A stretch of DNA of 64,000 nt. Source: Octopus bimaculoides (lineage: Eukaryota). Each line of letters starts with the position of its first letter. The stretch's first letter is position 1. Below, piece by piece: positions 53,738 to 64,000 of this stretch. Under the pieces are notes generated by a model that was not told where the DNA came from, did not search any database, and saw nothing but the letters and a program-made list of their open reading frames with translations. A program made the position numbers and the translations under genes. The DNA is taken from contig NC_068988.1 in NCBI RefSeq assembly GCF_001194135.2, positions 82,551,927-82,615,926 of the forward strand. Reading direction: 5' to 3'.

Positions 53738-54030
53738 CTTTCCTGAATTTTTCTTCTAAAATGACTATCATGCCTGTAACAAAATGGAGGTGATTTGATG
53801 GGGATCGGTCGATCATAAGGCAGTGGAGACACGGACCGCCTTGCTATAATACCACTGTCACAGTGAGTGCCAATGGATACAGCTCTCCTTTGAAGTGGTG
53901 GAGAAAAACTTCGTTGCATCAAAGTAGGAGACATAGGTTGAGGGGCCATCTGGGGTATCTGTGTGAAACTTAATGCCGATGGGATGTTTGGATAGGAATA
54001 ACATGTCTGTATAGTCAAATTGGGATACAT
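53738..54030 (-). CDS. Candidate alternative first coding exon A (97 codons + 2 nt; Pro/Ser-rich, MYPNLTIQTCYSYPNIPSALS...RRKIQE)
   Basis: ATG at 54030 with an in-frame TAA upstream at 54061-54063. The 293-nt open frame is clearly GC-richer than the flanking AT-rich DNA. Ends at strong donor AG|GTAAGA (GT at 53737-53736), phase 2, followed by a purine/A-rich intron start. Confidence 0.75.
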
Positions 54031-57000
54031 TAGGATGATATTTATAAGAAAAAGAATATCTTAGTTTATATTAATATTTTACTCAGACGCTTAGCAGCAT
54101 TTCTTCATAAAATTTACTTGTAAAACTTTTGTTGATAGAATCATTTTTGGGTCTGCAGCTGTTAATAAATAATATCAAAGGGCAGGCCAAGTTGTGTGTG
54201 TTAAGCTAATGTCAACTTTCCATAAACAATGACAAGAACTGTTAGCTGTTCAGTATGATTGCAACCCCACTCCATCCTTAGTGCTAGAAGAGAGTTACAC
54301 AACTTCCAATGAAAAGAACTAGGCTACCAGTAGAACAGTAACTTCAGCTACTGATGTCATAGCAATAATTCTCTTACAGGCAACAACAACAAATAAAATA
54401 ACTCACTCAATTGTATATGTAAGCTAGTTAGTAGATCTACAAAACATAACTATACAAACTTTTACAGTCATTCACTTGCTGCTTATGCTCAAAACAATAC
54501 TAAAAGTAGAGCATTTACCTGTGTTTTTGTGTGTGTATACATGTCAGGATTTACAAAGGAGAGAAAGTATTTGTTACATGAAGTAGAGTTTATTCACTGT
54601 ACATAATATATTTTTATACTATATCATACATTTTATGGACAATAGCTCTGCTCATTGGTTACAGGTTTCCAACAGATCACTCACTGGTTGAATGCATTTC
54701 CAATAGTGTGAATGACAAGGGAGCAACTACATAATCTTTACTTCTTTGTTTTTTGCTGTTTTTCTTCTGTTGGACTCATTTTATAATTTTTCTCTGACTT
54801 ATTTTAAGCATTTACTTTACAAGAGAATGGAGAGGGGAGGAGGCAAAAAAATTAATAAATTTATATTTAGTTACTTAAAAAAAGCAGTTATTTTACACTA
54901 TAAAATGATAATACTTCAATATGTGGAATATTCCCCAGCCTTTTTCTCTCCAACTGAATATCGAGAACCCAATGAAAAAACCTAAAACAGTATTGCTATG
55001 TATCCTACCAAAATACCACAGAGAAAGAATTGAGAAATGTTATCTCTATAGTTGGCTATTACTAGCAATCAAAACAATTGTTCTTCAAGCAAACACCTGT
55101 ACATAAGTTCTTTGATACAAGACTACTACTGATAATAAGTACAGAGTTCTTATAAGGTGAACATCTATTTTGCTATAAATGCCACCTGTTGTTTAATTCC
55201 AGGCCAACAATGATCAAATAGACCTATGACTATCTTGTCTTTCTCTTCTTTCTTTTTCTTTTTTTTTTTTTCAGACACATCCAAATGTCTCTGCATCATT
55301 TTTTTTTTTTTAAGTAGGGTGTAATATGACAGATTTAGCTGCTATTTCTAGCAGGTTGAGCAACCACAGAGAGGTCTCTCTCACTGACTTTGTTAACTGC
55401 CTATTATAGCAAACTTAAGTGAGATATATGTTTTGTGAATCAGAAATGTTTTGAAAAACCAGTAAAAACTTTCAAAAAATCTATTGTATGTTTTCATCAA
55501 AATGTCAACATTTTCCAATGATAGAAGTACATGGCAAACTCAGAGAATGGGAGAAAAATCAGAATCTTGAGCATGGTTATAAGAAAATAGTCTACATTTC
55601 ATTTTGTCCATTAGAGAACTAAAATGCACACATGAAATACCTCAACAACTTAAAACTCACAAACTCTTGAATTTCTTTTTTTTATTTGTGATATGGATTA
55701 TCTAAAATTTAAGTGGGATTCTCTTAATCTAAGTATAATATTTCTTATTTTTATATCAATAATTCGACAAAGAAATCATATTAATATTATAGAAAATAAA
55801 ATTTACTTTTGACAGTTTTTGATACATCTAAAGGAGAAACTTTTTTATTGTTAACATCCATATATGTACTCTGAGTAATCAAATGACTGAAAAAATGTTT
55901 TAAGCTGTGATATTAATAGAAATCATAAGAGGACACATTTATGGATTTCATTTTGCTAACTTCACTCCCAAGAGAAAACTCTTAACCATTCCATTCAAAG
56001 GAACAACATTCCAGTAGTGATTCCGTTAAATACTTGAACACAGTGCTTTGACTTTTACTGTGTATTCCATAGTAAATTGTAATAGAGAAAAATAAATCAG
56101 TTCACAAATCATTCAATTTTTATAACACATTATGAAACACAACAGGAACCATTCTTTCATACAACCCTCTAAAGCAAGTACATTAATACAATTTTCAAAA
56201 ACAAATAGCAGAGGCGGTGGTAAGAAGAGAACATGAATTTAAAAATTAAAAAAACTGCCACGTTGAAGACAACTTTAATATCCTAACACCACCAAGACAT
56301 CTCATCATTATTTTTGTTTCTGTTTCCAGCTCCACCTCAGCTACTCTCATTGTCTTTCCTTTAACATGAAAAGCCACATAGCTCCTCTTCAGCAAGAAAC
56401 CCAATGTTCTAGCCTCTTTCATTCTTCAACTTCTCATATCCTAACATAAAGCCTCCTTTCTCTCTACTGTAGCTCTAGTCAGTCACTGAAGATCTTAGTC
56501 TTACAAACTGAAAGGGTGAGTGCACTAGCGCTGGTGCCACAAAAAAAGCAAATGGAGTAGTTGGTGTTAGAAAGGACATCCAGCTGTACAAACCATGTCA
56601 TCAGAGTCAAGACTGTGTTGTCTCCAGACTCATTGAATCCTGTCAAACCATCCAACCCAAGCCAGCATGGAACATGAACATCATATGACAATGACAATCA
56701 TTAATCAAAATCAGTACAAGTAAAAAGGAGCACAAACAATTATAGCCATGAAACATTCTTCCTTCTTATTAAAACCATGTTTTCCAATACATTATCAGTT
56801 TTACCCCTGCTTTATCTCTAATTCTACACTTTAAATGCATAAATCTCTTCCACTGAAGGTTGTGTGTATCCCAACATTGCTACAGTCTAGCATCACTGAA
56901 GTGTCTACTTTCAATATAAAGGTGATCTCAGTTATCACTTAGTGCCTACAAAAATATTGCCTGCCTCTTATCACAGTATACTAGCCTCTACCTCTCAGAT

Positions 57001-57858
57001 CATTTACCTTCCCTCAGTAGGAATCCACACAAAAATTTTCTGACACCCATCCCATCAATTTAAGTCTTCTCCAAGGAACTAGGGTTTCTTAATGAAATAC
57101 TAATATATAGTTTCAAGATATAAAATAACTAAGGCAAGAAACTATTCTTATAGGCCACAGATCAAAGGTGATAGGGCAATATATTTTAGAAGAATGGAGT
57201 TGAAATATTCAAGTTTTTACTGAGCATATATAAGTTGCTTAGGTAAAGTGACTTAAATAATAAAAGGTTTAACAAAGGTACAAGGCCAGAAATTTCAAAA
57301 AGAGGGGTTGTGGACATGGTATGTGCATTATTTTATCAATCTAAGAGGGATGAAAAGGAAAAGTTGATCTCAGTGGGATTTGAACATGGACACAACGCCT
57401 TGTGGTATTTAGCACAACTCATGTTCTAACATTCTGAAGATTTTACCAATCCATTACCCAAGTAACCTTTCATAAAAATAATATTTATTATGGATGGTGC
57501 AAAGACATGATTTAATTCACTCTGGTTACTTACTTGTCTGTCACTTGGGATGAAAGACAAAATCTTAATGGTGTTAAAACTCACAATGTATGAGAATCAA
57601 ATTAAATATATATGGCAATAATAAAAACAATAACAACAATAATAAAGTTTCTAATTAAAAAGAATAGTTAATAATTATTATTTAAAAAAATAAAGATAGA
57701 AACAAAAATAAATTAATCATTTATACTGATTTCGACTGAATATGTCTATTCAAATATTAAGACCCACATGTTTAAAATACAAATATATCTACTTCAAATA
57801 CATATTTATTTATATACATTACAAAGACCCATGTTTAAAATATGTCTACTGCAAATTT

Positions 57859-57930
<72 letters not shown>

Positions 57931-58463
57931 CACTTTGGATACCTAACAATCTGAGACCCTCCCTGGTTCTATGATTTAAAGTGGTCCAAACAAGAGTTCC
58001 ATGATAGTTATTTTCCTAAATTTTCATTATTTTTAAAACTAATTGAAACAAAAACAGTATGTCTCAACAAAAATATTGCAACAAATGATAACAAAAGGAT
58101 TAAAGTTTTCTCACTAGAGTAAAATTATGTATATACATATATATTACACACATAATTGTTGCAGTCAACAATTCATTAAAATATACCTATTATTCCACTG
58201 AATTACATCGAGTTCTCTACATAGAACTACTTTGTTACGCACTACTAAAACTATATAGCATATACACAAATTCTAACAGATTGGCCTTGACAACTGGTAT
58301 AAAACAGGAGATTGTCAACATTTCCATTGTTATCAATTCACATTGAAACTAAGGATGGTTAATGAATAATTAAATCAAAGTTAGACACAAAAAGAAAAAT
58401 AATAAAAATAATCAGTAAAACATCACTTGTGAGCTCCTCATTTCAAATAATCTATGTAAGATG

Positions 58464-59308
58464 CATCATCATCATCATCATTGTCGTTTAACGTCCGNNN
58501 NNNNNNNNNNNNNNNNNNNNNNNNNNNNNNNNNNNNNNNNNNNNNNNNNNNNNNNNNNNNNNNNNNNNNNNNNNNNNNNNNNNNNNNNNNNNNNNNNNNN
58601 NNNNNNNNNNNNNNNNNNNNNNNNNNNNNNNNNNNNNNNNNNNNNNNNNNNNNNNNNNNNNNNNNNNNNNNNNNNNNNNNNNNNNNNNNNNNNNNNNNNN
58701 NNNNNNNNNNNNNNNNNNNNNNNNNNNNNNNNNNNNNNNNNNNNNNNNNNNNNNNNNNNNNNNNNNNNNNNNNNNNNNNNNNNNNNNNNNNNNNNNNNNN
58801 NNNNNNNNNNNNNNNNNNNNNNNNNNNNNNNNNNNNNNNNNNNNNNNNNNNNNNNNNNNNNNNNNNNNNNNNNNNNNNNNNNNNNNNNNNNNNNNNNNNN
58901 NNNNNNNNNNNNNNNNNNNNNNNNNNNNNNNNNNNNNNNGTGTAGTGGGTGTTTTTACGTGTCACCTGCACAAAAACGGCCACGCTCGAAATAGTGTCTT
59001 TTATGTGCCACCCGCACAAGAGCCAGTCCAGGGGCACTGGCAACGATCTCGCTCGAAAACCCTATCTTCCCTATATTTTTAATTCTACCCATAATAATAA
59101 TCCTTCCTACTAAAGGCACAAGGCCTGAAATTTGGGGGAAGGAATTAAGTCAATTACATCGACCCCAGTGCGTAACTTTATTGAATTGACCCCAAAAGGA
59201 CAAAAGACAAAGTCGACCTCGGCGGAATTCAAATTCAGAACACAGTGACAGATAAAATACCGCTAAGCGTTTCGCTCAGCATGCTAACAATTTTTCCAGG
59301 TCACCACC
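58464..59308 (-). mobile_element. Full composite retroelement: tRNA-related SINE (59308-59090) + linker + RTE-type tail, interrupted by an assembly gap
   Basis: The SINE is homologous to 42865-43080. Downstream on the minus strand come the linker gggtagaattaaaaatatagggaagataggg and the RTE-type tail ending in (GAT)n at 58464. Confidence 0.75.
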
Positions 59309-59616
59309 ATATGTCAGGTCATCACCTAATAATAATAATTAGCACAAAAAAAAATGATATGTACAAATGTTTGTGATGGAAAGTGGACTTATACATGTCT
59401 TTTCTTTACATTTTTAGAATTTCTCTAAACAATATTTAACTGTTTTAGTAAATTCTGATTGATCTCAGGTAATGTTACATATTGTCATTTTGGAAATAAG
59501 ACCTCAGGAACACTGCACTGGAAAAAAAGGGACTTAATGTTCAGGTCTAAATAAGAAAAAGGGACACATAATTCAAGAACTGAATTTAACAGCCTGAAAT
59601 AACTCACTGGTTAACC

Positions 59617-59660
<44 letters not shown>

Positions 59661-61764
59661 ATATATATTTAAAAGACAAAGGTTTTAAAAGTTTCACCCA
59701 TTTAAATGAAAACAAGAGGAAAAAACAAAGAATCACATGTAATTTCTGAAGGAGACAAATGAATAAATAATATTTTAGAAACAAAAGGACATGGAAATGA
59801 ACCAAAACAATCTACATTTGCATCTTGAAACAAAAATATTAAGAAGTCATAAAATAATCTCATAGCACAGCATTCAGCAGAAAGAAAGATTTGAAAATAT
59901 TAATTGAAAAAGTGAAAAGCACAAATGTTTTTTTGTTGATTTTTTTTTTTTAATTTGAACGATTATAAATTTTGGTATAATTCTCTTTAATTATTGGAGG
60001 ACAATGGTTTAAAAAGTAAACAGTTGTTATATGTGAATACTGGATCCAAAACAAATAACATTTGTAAGTTGAATAAAATAGATTAAAATTTTACACATTG
60101 GTAAGCAATCAAACTGTTACCAATTATGAAAAATTTTTCAAAAAAAAAAACTAAAAAAATTATTTAAAAAAAACAATATTGAAAGGATAAACATGCATAT
60201 TTGAAAGATAAAAAAGTCATAAAATGAGATTATGCTAGATAAAGGACTTGTTGGAAAACCTACTGGTGACCATTTCCCTATTCCTTTCAGTCAGAGTTAA
60301 CAAATAGGTACCAGTAATATACTAGAAAAAAACTGAAGTTATTGAGAAATAAAACACTTCTAGAACAGAAATGAAAAACACATCTAACACCTGTAGTAAA
60401 AATAATAGCACTAAAATAAATAGAAGAAAATGTAAAAAAAAAAAAAAATATTAAAAAAAGTCAATGGTAGTATATCAGATATACTATACTATCCTTGCAA
60501 TTAGACCTTACTGTCTCAATATAGAAACAGAATTAAGGATATACAAATGGCTGAGACAGAATAAAAGGTTCCTTTTGGTGATATACCATCATGCGCAGTT
60601 ATTCCCATTTCTAGTTACATGCAGGTCAGGAAGGATTTCTTTTTAGGCAAAACTACTGGTGATTTGGTTCTATGGAATATTATTAGCTTTTCTAATGAGT
60701 TAATCAAAAACATTCAAGTCTTTTTCAAGGCGTTTACAAACAAATGAATACAAATATACACGAGTTTGACACCAAGTTACATGAATGAAAATTGTTTATA
60801 ACTGAAAAATTCACCCATCCATCCTTTTATATATATATATATATTAGACGAACAGACAGATACATGCACACACATTTTCAATACATATATATTGAATTTG
60901 TAAGCCTTCATTACTAAGAGTTTGAAATTATTTTTACAAATTTCATAATTTAAAAAATATTTCAATCTAACTAGTTTCAGTTATATAAATGGCACCACTT
61001 CAGAAGAAATAAGTAAAATAATGTAGATTTGAAAGAAATGATAAACATACCAGAAAATACATTATAAAAAAACTTGATAATTGAGAACAGCTTTCAAGTT
61101 GTCACACTAAAAGAAAAGAATGCCACCAACAATTGTTTTGTCCTTCATGTGGTTTCTGTTTTTCTATTGTAACTATATTACTTCCACATAGCTGCCAGCT
61201 GGAAAATAATAGCTTTCCAAACAACATACAAGATTTTCTAGATGAAGATGAAAATTCATTATTTTCACTGTCAAACCTACATCATAAGAGCAAATGGGAC
61301 TGCCTCTACTTGAATACATTTGAACTGAACTAAAAACATTTTGAAAAAGAAATGTTTTTTTCTAGAAACATTTCCTCTGTGAATGGAAAGGATGCAACAG
61401 ACACCAACTGAAGTACAAAATGAAAAATGTTCCATAACTCATAACATTAGTGAAGGCATGTGGCTTAGTGTTTAGGGTGTTGGACTCATGATCATAAGAT
61501 TGTAGTTTCAATTCCTGATGATACGTTATGTTCTTGGGCAAAACACTTCACATTGCTGAGTGAACTACTCAGCTGGCAAAAATGAGTAATCCTGTGCTGG
61601 ATTAGTATCCTGTTCAAAGGTGGAGGGAGAATATATGCACCACAGAACCTGGGAAACTGGATTTATGACTTAGGAAGAAGCTTTATTCTTTTATCCATGA
61701 CATTAAGTGTTAAAGACATGTTCATCATGGGGAAGAATATGAGGAGTTGCCCATCTCTATATCA

Positions 61765-61968
61765 TTAAACCTTTTGTTAATATATTTGTTAAAATACTCT
61801 GCATCTGTTTCAATTAATTTTGAGAATATTGAAAAATTTAATAAAATAACTCATAATTCAGAAATTAACATAGAATTTTAATGGAAAATTTTAATTTATA
61901 TCTTTTTGAACCAGTTTCTATCACAGAACCAAGAGAAGTCTCAAGTGGGTTGATATCAAAAGGGTTAA
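61765..61968. mobile_element. piggyBac-like MITE copy, same family as 39721-39949
   Basis: TTAA-accttttg...caaaaggg-TTAA with similar internal sequence. Confidence 0.55.
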
Positions 61969-62770
61969 TTATGGACACAAAAGATGATGTAAATGGAAAT
62001 ATAGTTAACCAGGAATTGAAATCATCTCAATTTTGGTAATAAAGGAAGTTTAACACCACACTTCAATGTTCAGAACAATCAGTAATTGGGATTCTATGGG
62101 CTCTAAATATATTTGACACTTTATACTATAAAAAGCACTCAGTACAAATTGTTAAAGTGGTTGGCATTAGGAAAAGCATCCAGCTGTAGAAATCACACCA
62201 AAGAAGACATTGATGCAGTCATCAAGCCTGTCAGATACTGTCAAACCATCCTAACCATGCCAGCATGGAATAAGGGCATTAGATTATGATGATGACACAC
62301 TATCGAAAAGTATTAAGTCATCATTCAGTTTAATGTTAAATTGTTTTTAAGTATAACTTGACAAAAACATTTACTCGAGAAGACCTGTCCTCTACAGAGG
62401 AAGTATTAAGGCCACTTCCCCCAGGAAAGACGATTGGCCTGCAAGAGTTCTGTGCTCATGCTATATAAAAAGCACTCGTGTTGGTGCCACACAAAAGCGC
62501 TTGTGCCAGTGTCATGTTAAAAGCACCCACCACACTGTAAAGTAGCTGGTGTTAGGAAGGGCATCCAGCTGTAAAAACCAAGCCAAATCAAACTGGAACC
62601 TGGAGCAGATCTTCAGCTTGCCAGCTCTTCAGCTTGCCAGCTCTGGTCAATCCTTCCAACCCTTGCCAGCATAGAAAATGGGTATTAAAGGATGATATGT
62701 ATATATATATATTTCGTATGTGTATTTTGTGTGCAAGATTCTTGATGTGGATACGTGTGTTGAAAGAAAT

Positions 62771-63043
62771 ACAATTAAACCTTGGGAGAGGCATTATGCC
62801 GGTAATAAACACACGCACTGGTTCAGTCCTTTATTAATTTATATAGTTTTTTGTTAAATTATTTCATTGCACTCTTGCAATCTCTTCAGTAACTTGTCTC
62901 TCCACTTCCATTTATTTTGATCATCCGAAGAGATTGCAAGAGTGCAATGAAATAATTTAACAAAAAACTATATAAATTAATAAAGGACTGAACCAGTGCG
63001 TGTGTTTATTACCGGCATAATGCCTCTCCCAAGGTTTAATTGT
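62771..63043. repeat. Perfect 117-bp inverted repeat with 39-bp spacer (fold-back), between (TA)n runs
   Basis: 62771-62887 is the exact reverse complement of 62927-63043. Confidence 0.95.
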
Positions 63044-63107
63044 GTATATATATATATATATATATATNNNNNNNNNNNNNNNNNNNNNNNNNNNNNNNNN
63101 NNNNNNN

Positions 63108-63158
<51 letters not shown>

Positions 63159-64000
63159 GAGATATAGACACACACATCAGATGTTCATTTGAGATTCCAT
63201 TGTTCATTTATGAACCAGTTATCTCATGAACAGGTTTATTCCTTGCCATCAAGATTTACCAACTATGAACTTGTATGAAGATATTTGAGAAAAGTCTATT
63301 GAGGTAATCCATTCTGAAACAAATAAGCAAGCATTCATATAGGGTTAAAGTCATTAGCAAAGAATTCTTTAAATACTTGGATTAGGCTATATAAATGAAA
63401 AAACAATTACAAGTGAATGAAACTGAAATAGTGAATGAAAATATGCTGGGAAACAGGGAAACTAAGGTATCTACCACCAGAATTAAGGACACAACTTCCA
63501 TGTACATTTAGATTCTATTTGATAACAAACACTGAGAAAATGAGCAGATAAAAATGACCAAACATTCGATTATGTCCACAGATGAATGCTCCAAAAAATA
63601 CAATGAATTTAAAGATAACGATCACTAAATTATGCCAGAAAGTGCAATTTTTTAAATAGGAACGTTTTGGTAAGTTTAAATCTCCAGATCAATCAAAATG
63701 TTGTTTAATCAAATTTAATTCAAGATGTGCATTAATCATATGATTGTCAAACAGACTCTAATGAAACATTTTCTTGGGGCTTCTCCCCAGCATCTAATTC
63801 CGATCTTAAACAAAATCTCATAATCAGCACAGCTTGATTAAAAAAGAATTCATTTAAATATTCATATTAAAATCACACCTAATTTGTACAATCTTAATCA
63901 ATTGAACAGTCAACTGGACAAAGATCAATACATCAAATATATACTGAAGTATCTACAGAATCTAATGGGGGGAGGAATAAAAAAAATAAAACATTCAGAA

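Noticed and set aside
629-54030. Assigning a gene symbol (e.g. PDE4/dunce)
   Set aside because: Only the exon phase and architecture match; no conserved-domain exon is in the window.
9057-63229. Long ORF-track entries rich in X, CV, HT or YI
   Set aside because: Artefacts of N gaps and (CA)/(TG)/(TA) microsatellites.
1-64000. CRISPR arrays, operons or other prokaryotic systems
   Set aside because: No regularly spaced direct repeats with unique spacers and no dense ORFs; the DNA is eukaryotic intron-like throughout.

Overview
AT-rich, microsatellite-dense eukaryotic genomic DNA with 7 assembly gaps. The repeat content (tRNA-derived SINEs with internal (TG)n, RTE LINE remnants and (GAT)n-tailed RTE-type repeats, mariner remnants, TTAA-flanked MITEs) looks like an octopus genome; this is inference. 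No complete gene lies in the window. It appears to be the 5' region of one large minus-strand gene, with three widely spaced coding exons (54030-53738, 33190-33069, 849-629). Each starts at an ATG with an in-frame stop upstream and ends at a GT donor in phase 2. This pattern suggests alternative first exons splicing onto a shared exon left of the window. The gene is not identified; PDE4/dunce is only a testable guess. The rest is intron with transposon relics. The most notable are a composite SINE+linker+RTE-tail element present twice, a CRE-clade retrotransposon 3' end, and several long fold-backs.
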